The notes beneath the pieces were generated by a model. The model ran no database searches. It had not been told where the DNA came from and was given only the letters and a program-made list of their open reading frames with translations. A stretch of DNA of 64,000 nt from Spizellomyces punctatus DAOM BR117 (Eukaryota): the NCBI GenBank assembly GCA_000182565.2, contig KQ257454.1. One strand, given 5' to 3'. This document shows, one piece after another, positions 36,149-49,489 of this stretch (its first letter is position 1; the number at the start of each line of letters is the position of its first letter). Position numbers and translations under genes: made by a program.

Positions 36149-37541
36149 ATGCGATCCATCCCAACAAAACGATCAGCCGACAAGGCATCCCCAACGCCGG
36201 CAAGCCTGACCAGACGTGACGCGACAACGGGGCTCCCCGTCGTCAAGCCAAAGAGGGTTCAAGTAAAGAATGCGTGTGGTAGGTTCAATTCAATGTGTTT
36301 GCCGGCCAACAGCCGACATGGTATGGAGGTACTAACAACAGCACATTTCGATTGGATTCCAGTAAATTGTCAAAAGGCTTGCAAGAAGTGCGATGAAGCT
36401 CGTCCGTGTGCGCGATGTGTCAAGTTTGGAATTCAAGAAACTTGTCGAGACTCGGAACGGAAGGAGAGGAATAGAGGTTGGTGTTGCAGCAGATGATACC
36501 TTGCTTATACCTGCTTTGACGTGTTGGTTAACCCCACGCTCGATATTCTTCGTAGGCCTAAAACGAGGGGCTTATAAACGAAAGTCTTCAGAAGGTACGT
36601 TCCAACTTGCATCATCACCAAAACCTCTCCCATCTAATAATCTACCCATTACTGTAGTGTATGAGTCTCGCCTCCATTTTCATAAACATCACGACTCACA
36701 CTATGAGAAGCAATCCAAACATCTTTTGCCACCAAGTAGCCTCAAAGCCTCGCTCTCTCAATCAACACCCACACCGCCACCACCCTTTTCCCAATCACCC
36801 CAACTAGCCATGGCGGCCGAATTCGATCCCCGAGCAGGAGGTCTCGTCACGCCGATTTTACCCGCATATCACCACATTTACATTACACCAGCGGGCCCCA
36901 CAGACGTGGACTGTGTAGAGGATGACCTAGAATCCAGGTCACCCACTCCACCGAAAGACGACGAAGAGAAAGACTGGAACAAACTCCAAGTTCTTTCATC
37001 GCTTTGCAGTGCAGTACTAGGCAATAAGGGCAAGGAGCCCACGCAGGACCGCCATTTTGCCTCATCGTATCCGCTCAAGCACCCTCCTCCCATCCCAGAT
37101 CTGCACCAAGATCCAGTCAGCCCTCCCCCTTTTGACTCGCTCCTTCCCCACCCATTCACAAACCTGTACAACTACACCTACCTCCCCTCGTATCCCCTCC
37201 ACCACAACCATGACCTCCACCACCATCCTCTATCGCGTCTGACGCACTTGGACGACAACCTTTTTATAAAAACACATATGACTTCCCTCCACCACATGAG
37301 TTTCCTCCGTCGGCCGTGGGAGGTGAGTGAAGAGGGATATGATGAAGCCACCGTGTTGATGAACCGGTATACAGAGGTGGGAGAAGATGATCATGAGGAG
37401 GAAGGGGAGGACAATAGTGCAATCGAGCAGAAGGACGTCTGCAAACGAGAAGGGCTCAAGGTTATGGGCATGAACGCTTTTGCTAGTGGGAGAGGGTCAG
37501 GCCCAAGGGATGAGTGGACAATGGGATTTAATTTTTCGTAG
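36149..37541 (+). CDS. Zn2Cys6 binuclear cluster transcription factor, 4 exons
   Basis: KPKRVQVKNAC|VNCQKACKKCDEARPCARCVKFGIQETCRD..G|LKRGAYK; Pro/His-rich C-terminus. Confidence 0.88.
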
Positions 37542-37914
37542 GTTGTTGTCGTGTTTGAGGATCAAATAAAAAGTCTTAAGCCTGTTGGCCGTGTGAGTTT
37601 TCAAGAGCTTGAAATGAATGAAGGGATTACAAAGGCATGAATAACCTCCCTAGATTCCGTGATTTCTCTAGGTTCAGCAGGTATTGACTGCACCAGGGAT
37701 GATCGCATACAAAGGTCAACGTGACACTCAAAGTGGCCTACTGCCTTTGTAACATCTGTTTGTGCTCACACTTCTTCATCGTATCCGATGAGCGCACGCA
37801 CACATGTCTATTTTTTACGTGATCCTAAACCAGTTGCCCAACACCCCATCTATCCCCTAACTATACACAGACCCTCTAGGCAACGTGCGCCTACCTGGAA
37901 CACCCTAAGCCTTT

Positions 37915-40629
37915 TCAATGTATCTGTCCCTTGATATCCACTCCCTTTCGCGATATAGCATCGAAAAGTCCTTGCAATACAGGCAAACTGCCTTTAGTGT
38001 CCACTGTACGCCCAACTTCCCCATTGACCCACTGAACACCCTGCTCCTTCAGCCACTTGGTACACGCTTTACGCCCTAGGCGAATCGCATCCACGTCGTT
38101 CTCTGACACATCGTCCGCATGAACGAATCCCAGTTCAGTCGCGATGTAGTCCAATGATATTCCAGGACGGTAGGCACGACATATTATTTTTAGTGCACGA
38201 ATACGTTCCCTCTCGGCGAAATGATCCATAAGGTACGCCGATAGCCGGGGTGCTGCACCATACATCAAAAAGAATCGGTGATAGTCACCTATTGCAACGG
38301 CTGTTCGGACATTAAGGGCATGTTTGACAATTTCACCATTCTTCTGCTCGTCGGTCAGTTCCCCAAGAACCTTAACAAGTTCTTTAATTTTTAAGCAGTG
38401 TGAGATAAATCTCCAGACGTACGACGAATGGCGGAAGGAAATTAGTCCGCACCTGTTCTGTTGGACGTATGCACCAAGTATAAAATACGATAACCAGTAA
38501 ACTCGTCTTGGCACCCGCGCAAGTTGAATATGTTATACAGCTGCATGAGCTGAGCCTGACATTGGTTGTACTCCCCAAGATCGCCCTAGAGGATAGGGAT
38601 GGTGTCATAATTAGCCTCAAGCCTTGCGACAAAGGCCAGACTCAGAAAGCAAACCTTTTCAAGCGCTATTCGGGCATGCGTCTCATAAACAGCTACAGTA
38701 AACTCATTCTTAATTCGCTGGACCGTCAAATCCTGCCGTAGACTCTTAAACTGATCGCAAATAAAGGTGTAATTTTGCTCCTTTTTCCACTTTGAGATCA
38801 GCAGGTCCAATGTTTGCCGAAGGATGTGTAGCGGCCGTACAGATGCGGGATCCGGTGCCGAAGTGAGGCGAAGGTAGCGCTTCTCGAGATCCGTGCAAGT
38901 CCCCACAATTGTATACTCATCCCAATCAATCACATCGGGATTCCCTTCAGCACCAGCACGCAAAAATGCTTCCTTTGCTCGCTGTATTTCCCGTTGCTTT
39001 TCCAAATTCTTCCGCCGCTCCTCCTCTTCCCGAGCTTTAAAGCGCTCTTTTCGCTGCTGTCGTCTCTCAAGCTCCGCTTTGCGCAGCGACGGAGGAAGGC
39101 GGGCAAGCATCACATCTTCGTCGTCAGAAGATACATTGGATGAAGTAGAAACGGTTACGGTTGCCATTTTGGTGGACTGTCGTGATTCTGCTGGTGATTG
39201 TGGGATTTCCTTCCGCTTTTTTGATATGGAAGGGGACGCTGGGGGGGAAGGTGTGCTCACAATATTGATACGCTGCTTCGCTTTCGGCTCTGGCTGTTGA
39301 CAATAGCTACAGACGTAGTTTTAGATCTGCCATTGCATGCATTCGAGGCAAGAAGGACTTTCCTACCTCGGCAACGCCATGTTTGTCCAGTCTGTGGTCC
39401 ATATGACGTTATTTTGCATGGTCTGCACAATTAGATCCTTTATCTGCTTCTCAGCAATATCTCTCTTGTCCGCTGGACATGTGTCGAACACCTTGGTCAC
39501 ATACTCCCTGAAATCAAGAGAGCGACTGTAAATACCCATCGCCACGCTGAATACCAGTTAACCCAGGATGCATACTTTAAACTAGGAGGCCATTTATTTG
39601 GATCCTGAGACTCCTGCTTCGAGGACGATGCACGGGGTTTGCTGCTTGGCTCATCATCCTTTGACTGAGATACCAGAGGTGATTCTGCGAGGACTTTACG
39701 AGGTTTCACCGTGATATATGCAGGTTCTGCATTGAAAAGAAGAAATTAGGTAAACACAGCATCATACATCATCAGACAGATCTATTCTTACTTGCAGCGC
39801 CAAAAGCAGATGGTTTCGCGGCTGTGGTCGATGATCCTTTTACCACGTCGGCGTAGGCCATCTTTTGCGTCACAGCCGGTTGGGTAGAAGTAAAGGGTGC
39901 GGATGTGGAGGACGTGCTGGAGATCATATTTTGAGGAGGGTGTGCGGCTAGCGTTGAGCTTCTGACAACACAAGTCAGATGAAACCGAGTCAATAAAGCC
40001 GGTAGAGAAGATAACTTTAAAAGCAGTGTACTTACACTGTCGGCGCCGCCGCATACACTGTCGGGTGCTGTATACTGGAATGTTGTTGTTGCTGTTGTTG
40101 TTGCTGCTGCGGATTCTGCGCATACCACGCTGACCAATCGTAGCCGTGACTACCGTAGGCTGTTACCGAGGGTGTAGCATAGGCGTATTGGGGTGTATGT
40201 GTGTACGGTTGTTGATAGAATGGCGCTGCAGTTGAATATGATGGGGTTGAAGTGGAGACTCCTGGAGGAATCTCGACGGCTGTTTGCGATTGTTGGTAGT
40301 ATTGTTGATTGTAATACTGTGCGTAGGCGGAAGCGTCTATGGCGTATCCAGCTGGCCTGAAATGACGAAGAAATGTGCAATTAGCTTAAAGCTCCAGGTC
40401 ATAACCGTGTGAAGCATATATACATGTTTAGCTGAGCACAACATTGAGAGCATTAACCGGCAACAAAGCTCATGCCAGATCTCGCAAAGTCTCCTACAAC
40501 AATGACGTACCAAGTCGTTTGACCATAAGCTACTGCCGTTCCAGGAGCCGCCTGTTGCTGCTGTTGGCCCAAAGGCGTTGTCTGAGCAGCGTAGGCGGAC
40601 CCGTAATACTGGGACGGGTCGGAAGCCAG
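37915..40629 (-). CDS. THP3: SAC3/GANP-family PCI protein THP3/LENG8-like with Q/Y-rich N-terminus; putative CUG start
   Basis: [88 protein letters not shown], ends GVDIKGQIH*. Start position uncertain (see findings). Confidence 0.9.
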
Positions 40630-41219
40630 GATTGGATTGAACGAAGCAGGAAAAGTAATGCCAAGACACGATCCGGCAAACGTCCTGGTAACCCGAGTAC
40701 GTGCGTTAAATATATACCGTTCCGTGGAGCACTTCTGATATGTCTCGAGAAGATGTACGAAGGTGGTCAAGGTGTTTGGAGCACCCGCGACAAAACCTCG
40801 GCCATTCAGGCGTGTGTAGTGGGAGTAGGTGTTGGATCGGCCCGCCTTGCCATGGCAACAAGGAGGGAGGGCCACTTGAAGAGCATCCAAGAAGCAAGAT
40901 ACTCAGAGTATAAGATACAGCTTTACATAACTCATAACTCATAAATCATAAATCATATGGTGGAGATGATGCTGGCATCCGGCAATCCTTGATAGTGGAT
41001 TTCCTGTAACCGTACATATGCGCAACAGAGAGTGTTTAAAACCAATCCAAACAATGGATCCAGACTGTCCCTGGCCAAAAGCGTTCAAAGTACCGTTTAT
41101 GCTGTGCATCAATGTTATGTAGCGCCGGCATCCCTGTAGACTCTCAGAATGATGCATTTTGCTCATATACTGATGTGCGAGAAAGCATAAGATTCCATTA
41201 TAAACAAACCGCTTTAAAG

Positions 41220-42370
41220 CTATCCAATGTCTGCATGCTCTGGTGTCAGATCAGCTTGGAGGATAGTTGTCCGGTCAGTCCAACACAATGAGGAAGCCCA
41301 ATAGTCTCCGCAGGTTCCTGGAAAATCTGCACATTCTGTAAAACTGCTGGAGAGAGGGACCCGCCGATTGGAGCTCCGATTGTAGGAGAGATTCTCGGCG
41401 TGGATATACGCAGCTAGGGATGTCCGGTTCACGAAAATGTTTTATCAACGGTCTACATTTGACAAGCCCGTACATGCCTTTTCAGGAGCCCACGAGCATC
41501 GTCTCTCAACTCCAGCTGGTGAAAGTGGTGTACCTTCCGGTGTGAACATGTCGAGAATCGTTCCTACAGCTGGTGGAGTGTTGGCGGTAGGCTCGAGCGG
41601 CCATCCAGACCAGTCCACCCATTGCTGGTCAGGACTGAATGGCGGCGATATTTCAGTGGGTGTTGGCGCGGGTGTCTGAATATGCAACCAGCAGTAAGAA
41701 CCTTTCGACAAGCGTTTACAATCACCTAATATGTCATTACCGGAAAAAGATTAGACGCTACGTCGCAATCTCCTCCGCAATCACATGGAGTGGGAATATC
41801 GAGTGGCGGGGTGGGAACGTCAGCCGAGATGCAAACGTACTCGTCACAAAATGGCCTGCCTAGGAAACCTGCTCCCAGTTCAGCATCAAGGTGATATTCC
41901 TTGGATTCAGCCATTGTCCCGAAACCCGGGGATGCAAATATTGAAGCAGGCAGAGAATGCCGACGTTGATTTTGCGATATTGATGGAAGGATCGCTGTAC
42001 TGTTCTCGATCAGGCTGATTTCATCATCCAGTTCATTCTCTACAATATCACACTCTTGGAACTCGTCCAACGCTTCCTTTACTTCTTCGCTAAGATCGGA
42101 TTCATCGTCATCGTTCTCTTGGCTCAAAAACCAGTTCTTGACCATCAAGCCCGCTCCCAGCAAGCGGCGATTCACGGCTCGGAGCTCCCGAACAGTGTCC
42201 TCAAGATCACGGAGATGTTGTGACCGTTTGCGACGGAATGCTGCTTGTGCAAGTCTGTTGCGGTCTCGTCGTTCTTCTTCCGTGTAGAGACGGTGACGAC
42301 CACCCTTACGGCGTAGCTGATTAGCTTCGATTTTTACTTGGCCGGGCATCCTTGTTGGCTGGCTGTGCAT
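41220..42370 (-). CDS. bZIP transcription factor (Yap/AP-1-like basic region), 3 exons
   Basis: RRDRNRLAQAAFRRKRSQHLRDLEDTVRELRAVNRRL. Downstream exons join in frame to a stop at 41220. Confidence 0.85.
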
Positions 42371-43674
42371 GAAATGATGGAAATAATATGTCCTCGCAAG
42401 TTCTTTTCAAAATGAGAGATTGCCAGCTATAGGGAGACGAGGGCTAATGCGTGGAAAGTCGAATTAATCCTCCACAACGGAAGACAAGTAGTCCAACCTA
42501 GGGTCCGACGATGACACAAATGTCTTGCACATACATTGGTCAGGGGCTTTTTGCATATGGTCTGTTACCTCTAGCGCCACAGTCCTCTGCAAGGGGGTTT
42601 GCATCCTTCACAGTACTTGCTTTTGTAGGTGCGAATTGCACGCCTATCTGGAGATGGTACGAAGATCCTTCCCAATGGGATCACCCAAACCCTTCAATTT
42701 GCCATTGCGTCGTTACTGGGAGTAAATTTGTGGAGATGCCGTGGGCCATCCATTCCCGGCAATGCGCACGAGCCATCTGTAAGATTCTCGCTATTCTGCC
42801 CCTGGGAGATGTCTCCACATGATGCCAAAGCCTTGGCGATGTCAAGCAATTACCTGGCCTTCCGCATGCATGTTGCGTAAGCTGTTCACCGCCCATTACA
42901 AAACAGGACCCCTGGCTGCACCGGTACAAGTAATCTCGCTCTACGTGGGCGGATTCAGGGTTACGGAGCAATTATCCACGAAAGAACGTTCCAAAGGGTT
43001 TTGATCGAACCTTACCAGTGCTGTCCGGTATGCACCAAATTACCTTTACCCATGGGATTGCCTCAAGTTACAGTGGTAAGGTGGAATGAAGGCTTTGATG
43101 CATATGACCAGGGCTTTGTGCGTAAGATTGCGTAATGGAAGGCTTACAGGACGGGGCGAGGGGGACCTAACAACCATCATCTGCAGGGTTGATATTGCTG
43201 ACCTCCCCATTACTGACAGAACGCCATTTTATTATAGCTGCTGAGGGCTGCTTACTATGAAACACCATATTGGTTCTCCTCCACGGACGGGACAGCTGCT
43301 CCCAACCAACCTCATATGTCTTTTGAAATTATTAAACCTTACGGCAAAAGTAAAGTAATAGATAGTGAGTGCAAGGGAGATGTGACGTAGAAAGGTCGTG
43401 GCTAGTTTAAGTCAAACTCAGGGTTGCGATCTGCGGACCGCTCCCCCACGAAACCTTCCTCACCGGGTCTTGATCGAACGGGTGTCTTACCAAAGTTTTT
43501 TACTTAATCGTATCGCCTCATATGCCATCTCCTAGTAAAATTGACGTAAGAGTTCAGCGGGACAGGGATTACTATTTGGATTTTAAACCGTTTCCCATCA
43601 TAAATCGGATTCCCCCCATCAACATCTCTTTTGTTGACACACGAATCACTTTAGTCAATTCCCGCAACAAATCC

Positions 43675-44057
43675 ATGACGTGAGTGTGTATTTCCACCCC
43701 TTCTTTCCCAGAATAGCACACCTAATTGTCCATTGCTAGACTCGGATCCGCCGCCATTCGCCAGCCAGCGTTTACCTTCCTCATCGGGGTCACGCTTGCC
43801 TTTACCGCTTACGGTACGGTGGTCTGGTTACGTGGTGGGAAGGCACCCCCCGTCACGGAATTGGGGAAGTTGGAGCAGCAAGGCGAAGTTGGGTTGGCAG
43901 GGCCACCCAGGGTGAATTTAGGTCCACCTCTGCCAAGGGTAGGTATTGTCTTTGGAAATTATCGGATGTAAGGATCATCCTTACGTTACTTGGTCCATTA
44001 CAGCGAAGTGCTGCCGCTGAGGGACCCCCGGACAAGGCTCGTAATCCCAATGCCTGA
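43675..44057 (+). CDS. ~85-aa single-pass membrane microprotein, 3 exons
   Basis: ATG AC|gtgagt..ctag|..cca agg|gtagg..cag| gives MTLGSAAIRQPAFTFLIGVTLAFTAYGTVVWLRGGKAPPVTELGKLEQQGEVGLAGPPRVNLGPPLPRRSAAAEGPPDKARNPNA*. Confidence 0.7.
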
Positions 44058-45219
44058 GAGCTCTTTCGATTCAGAGGCGGATGCATTTGGAATGAGAGGT
44101 TGAGATATATGATTACTATCTTGTTGCATTTTGAAATATCGAATGGCGGTATACCGACTCCACACTTTTATTGATTAGTGTAGAGGTGACAGAAACTGGC
44201 ACTAGCTACTACACCAGGGAATGAACCAGCGTAAACTGGCTCGGAAAAGCTAACTAACTACTACTAGGCAATTATACACACAATACGTAACGGTTCTAAA
44301 CCAGATAATTGCCCACCACCACACGCGGTCCCTAGTAGGCCTTGATCCAGAACCCTTGATGGCATTGAAGCCAGAGTCTTCACAACATTGGGGAGACTCG
44401 CAAGCTGGAGGATCTTCAGTGACAAGGCTTGGAGACTATAAAAAACTGCATGTCAGCGACAGAATAATATGAAAAGAGATGATGCCATTGGTACATACCA
44501 ACCAAGCTCAACTAATGTGGCAGTATAATAGCAGCTTTGTTGGTTCCGAGTGATTGTTGCTGGTTCCAGTTGGTTGTAGTCATCGGGAGGGCGAGGTCCT
44601 CGGCACCACCACATCTGCATTCTCATGATTGGACTGAGTCGCGATGAGAGTTGCGCAGATGGTTTGAGAGTCAAGGACTGGTGAGCCGATCACGCAGCAA
44701 TCATATCGCTTGTAAAGATGCCATCCATTTACATGGGTCCTTTTATGTCGCTACCCGGTCATCACAATGATCCACTGTCAGCAATCTGCATTATCTTTCA
44801 TCAATCAAATTCCTCTTGACTTGCATGTAGATGGAAAGTTGTTGAAATACGCTTCCCCCCCGCAAATTGACCGGCATTGGTAGTATGCATCGTGGCTTCC
44901 TGTTGCATCGAGCGTCTCCATTCCTGCGATTCTTAAATTTGGTATCGCCACAAACGTATATGTGAGCAAGTAAACGCCTGTTGATGACAGCGGTGGGGAC
45001 AAGTTGGCTGAGGCACGAGAAGCCAGAACTCCTGACAACCCCCGTTTTTTTCTGTTGCGTTTCGCAAAGACAAGACAACAACACGAACTACTCCGTTGTT
45101 GAATTATTATCTCTGCTGTGAGACAAATAAAAATGCACTCAGCAAGCTGGAATGATCACAATTCAAGTAATGTAATGATCATCAGTATTATATATTAAAC
45201 AAAAACATTCAAATTACAT

Positions 45220-45303
45220 GCCTCAGTAGCACAATCAGGTAGTGCACTCGCCTCCTAAACAGAGGTTAGTGAGAGGTTGCGGGTTCGAGTCCCGTCTGAG
45301 GTG
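45220..45303 (+). tRNA. tRNA-Arg(CCT) with 10-nt intron (45258-45267)
   Basis: Acceptor stem gcctcag/ctgaggt. D-arm gcac..gtgc. Anticodon stem ctcgc/gtgag with CCT at 45254-45256. T-arm gcggg-ttcgagt-cccgt. T-runs downstream (Pol III terminator). Confidence 0.92.
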
Positions 45304-45782
45304 CTTCGCGTTTTCGAAGGATTTTTTTTGTCGTTCTTCGTCTGCTTCTTGTCCGTCATTACCGCAGCAGTCGCTAAGTTAACCCCTTTCCAGAGAAATT
45401 TCAGAGAAGGCTCTTGATGATGGTTCACCTATAGAACATTCCTCTTTTTGCCATGCTCGACCTCCTCATGAAAAACGGACATGTCAAACAACTCGTGCAG
45501 AGTCCCAACCAGAATACAACAGTGGGTACCACCCTGCTCAAGAATCCTTAATATCTATTCTATTCTTTCACATGATATTCGCATTGTATACCAAAAGGTA
45601 CCTTTGTGGGCTCAAAGAGAGACCATTCCAAAAAAAAAAAAGGAAGAGAAGAATGGGGGAAGGGCAGAATAGGCATTCCCCAGCAATAAAAAAAAGGAAA
45701 AAAAAGCCTGGGGAATCGTCAAAATGTATACAGAACCAAACCAAAAAAAAAAAGACGAAAGAGAATCACGGCCACATGCTCA

Positions 45783-48700
45783 TCATGCCTTAACCTCAGT
45801 ACTACTATTTCTCGTGTGACCTCCATCCAAGGGGTCTTGCTCTCCGTCGGTTTTCCCATTCCGCAACAATCGCTGTTCTTCCCTGATATCCTCGACAACA
45901 GCAGCAACCACTTGATCAATGGGGATAATGGTGGTAGATGCCGGTGCGGATGATAGCTTGGTGGGTTTGGCTGCCGACCCAGGAGCGAGGGGCTCGGCTG
46001 CAGCGGCAACAGTACTCACTACTAAATGTCCAAAATGTTTGGCAATTTTTTCCTGAAGTTCGAGGGCCTTGAAAGGCTTGGCCAGCCAGTCGTGCATGCC
46101 GGCTTGTTCGCACTTGGCTCGATCGTCCGTTGTTGCAGAGGCGGTGAGTGCTATTATAACTATGGATGGTGGCGCGCGGGATACTGTCCGCGATGACGTG
46201 CTGGTTGAGATAGGAAGTGATGGTAAAGGTGGCGTCTTACAGCGAGCCAACAGCTCTCGTGTTGTTGCCAAACCATCCAGATAGGGCATGCATATATCCA
46301 TTCTGTGTAAAAAGAGGAAGTCAGTCAGCAATGACTCTCTCAATCACACAGCAAAGTCGAACATGGAAAACTTACAGTATCAAATCGTAATGCTTCCCTT
46401 CATCAAAGATCTTTTGCAGCACTTCTCGTCCATTCCATGCAATGTCTGCTTCATACCCCATTTTCTTCAAGACACTCAAAGCAATTTGTTGGTTGACTAC
46501 AGGAGCCGATATCAGAGTAATGCCCAGAAACGAGTTTGTGCAACCATGACAACCACAAACCATACTCACTAGCATTATCCTCAGCCACCAATATTTTGAT
46601 CGGATACATCTTGGCCAAATCTCGGTTGATCCGTGCATTGCGCCGAGTCCTGGTCATTGCCTGGTCTCCTACCACAGTCGAGTCCTCCAGCTCTGTCGCG
46701 CGTGCTTCTGGGAGAGGCGGCAATGCTGTCACCACTGATTCTGCGCTCCCGATTTCGCTGACACCATGGTGAAGGCCAGATGCTCCTGTTGCACCGGGAG
46801 GTGCAGGTTTGACACCAATGCAAAATGCAAATTTGCTCCCGACGCCCTCTGAGCTCTCAACCCAAATATGTCCACCCATCATCTGCACGAGACGAGATGA
46901 GATGGCAAGTCCGAGTCCCGTCCCAACGCCAGAACCCCGCGTGACTTCATTGTCGATTTGCGAGAACGGGATGAAAAGCCGGTTGATTTTGGAACGTGGA
47001 ATACCAATACCTTTTGGTACACGAACAGTCAATGGTCAAATCTGATCACCTCGAGCGCACAAAGGCAGTTAAGGAGAACATTGACACTCACCAGTGTCCA
47101 CGACGGTAAACAATAGTGACACTCTCTCGTCAGCTGCCTTCATATCCTGTTCCTGTTGCGGGTCCTGCTTCGAATCGATAACTGTGCTCATAGTCCCAGC
47201 CGACGCAGCATAATTAGAGCGAATGCCGGCAATAGAGGACCGCCGATCCAGCGTTTGCGGAGGAGTGGGTATATGCCGCCCTTCAAACGTAGGAGAACCG
47301 CTCAGTGTCACCGCCTGCTCCTCGCCATCTTCTGATCCAGAAGGACCAAAGAGCGGGCTATCCGCTGTAAAGTTGTTGGCAAGGGGAGACGATGGAAGTT
47401 TTGTCACATTAAGAGTCACAGCACCGCGATTCGTAAACTGTAATGCATGCATATTGTCAGTGTTTATAGCCCCAACAGGAGCAATCTGTGCCCAGGTACC
47501 TTTAATGCGTTGGATAGGAGGTTCATGACGATTTGTCGCAGTCGCGTCGTGTCCCCTACTATCATGTCAGGAACAGATGGATCAACGTCCCAACGCAGCA
47601 ACAGAGCGGGTGCTGCTCCCTCGACGGGTTCCACAGGCTTGAACATGATCGGAGTAGTATTTGCTGCATGCCCCTCCACAACAGTTATTCTTTTTTTCGA
47701 TAGACTTGGTGACATGCTTGCGAGGTGAACCGCCTCCTTCAGACATCGTCGCAGCGACATGGGACGGTCCTGTAGGACAAACTTGAGATCCTCATCCCCA
47801 ATCTTTGACAAGTCTAGAATGTCGTTGATAACAGCTAGCAAATGTTCGCCGCTTGAGTTTATCAGTTCAAGTCGGTTTCTTTGTTCGTCTTTCAAATCAT
47901 TTGAATCCCAAAGAATCATATCTGTGAGCCCTATGATGGCAGAAACCGGCGTTCTTATCTCGTGACTCATGTTTGCCAGGAAATGCGTTTTGGATTTCGT
48001 TGCTGCTTGCGCAGCTGCGGATTCAATTTTGAGGTGACGTAGTTCCGTTGAGCGCTCGAGTTCCTTGCTCACTCTGCATCCAACCTCTTTCAAGACGCCA
48101 GCAGCGAGCGGGGTTGATGCAGACTCTGGCGCCATGGCATGCAGATGGAGCGAGTTCTGTACGTTTGTTCCTACGCCCAAGATGCCTATTGTGCGACCAC
48201 TCGCATTTTTGAGAGCTAATAGACAGCAGGATTCGAGGTTTGCATCGGGAAATGCTTTTAAGGTGGAAGTTGGGATGATAGATGCCAATTGGGAAGGGAT
48301 AACAATCGGGTCTCCTTGGTCTAGGTGAGCAAAGATGTCTTTGGGGATTGGGAACACCGTTGCTGATGTATTTCGAACACTGCAAGATTGACGAGCGATG
48401 AGTAAAGAGTGGATTACACAAATGCGTTTCGCTCTGCCATTTGTAACAAAGTCCTTAGAGCATCGCCGACATGTTCGCCACTGTAGGATATCCCCACAGC
48501 GTCCTGACAAGCTCGCATGATAAGGCACGCTAATATGACGAGAATCCCCTCCGAACTGCGGATGTCTTGCCAATCCTTTTTTTCAGCGCGTCGCACTGCT
48601 TTTCCTCCCTTGGAGCTACACCATGTTTCGCGACTTGGCACTCTTCTGACGATAATAGATTCCCACACTCAACTGCGCACTCTTCAGTCGCTTACCGTTC

Positions 48701-48991
48701 TTGGGAATAAGAAGCGATGAGAGAAAACCCCACATCTCTACTATTGCACGGTCTTTTTCCAACTTTGCATTCGTCTCTTGTTGAATCTAACTGTGGTGTC
48801 GTCTCATCGTCCTCCTCCGCCAACTGCCCGACAAAAGCAACCACTACGCCCAAACACTCGCAAAGCGTCTCTGCAAGTTCCTGAAAATAGGCCTGTCCAG
48901 TGTAGGAGTACGTTCTCAGTTTGATGTGGCTGACAAGCGAGTTGTCCACCTCGTCCAAGCGGTGAATGGGAAGCGATGAAGATCCGGGCAT
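45783..48991 (-). CDS. Hybrid sensor histidine kinase (GAF-like input, HisKA, HATPase_c, receiver), multi-exon
   Basis: H-box [13 protein letters not shown]-box [34 protein letters not shown], receiver [23 protein letters not shown]. The start could lie further upstream (ORF open to 49195). Confidence 0.93.
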
Positions 48992-49489
48992 TTTGCACCA
49001 ATGCCAGTGTGATGAAGGGAAAACGATGCAAAAGGGAAGCCCAGCGTCTCTTCCCTCACTTGCCTTCCACGTGATTTCCGGTGGAACGGCCACCTCCTGT
49101 CGTCCTCGCCGTCCCAACAACCGATCTGCGTCATTCCCATAAAGTGGGACCAAAAAGCGTCTTTTTGAATCAAAGGGAAATGTCGTCATTTTCATGGATG
49201 GAGAATTTTACATTTATTTACCCGCATTTTGGATATCACTATAACCATATTTGGATTAAACTCACTTACAGCTACAACATGCTATGTCACCCACACTGGA
49301 TTATGTAATTGTTCATATTTCCATTTATGGCTAAATGAACAAGGGTGGGAAACAAACGTCGATGGGACGACAACGAAAACGACGACGGGGCCATTGGCGA
49401 TTGGCAAGCAAGTTTATTAAACAAGGAAGCAGAACAGAAAATACATTTGCTCTCAAAAAGCACACACAGCAGCAGCATCGTTGTGTACA

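Noticed and set aside
44150-45100. Short minus-strand ORFs and one intron-like segment upstream of the tRNA
   Set aside because: Frames do not join and no recognisable motif.
45625-45760. Several poly-A tracts
   Set aside because: Simple low-complexity sequence in the kinase 3' region; no element boundaries or TSDs.
47040-47092. TCCTTAAC (U12 branch-like) inside a kinase intron
   Set aside because: The donor is GTGAGT (U2 type) and the motif is far from the acceptor. I saw no RTATCCTT donors at real introns.
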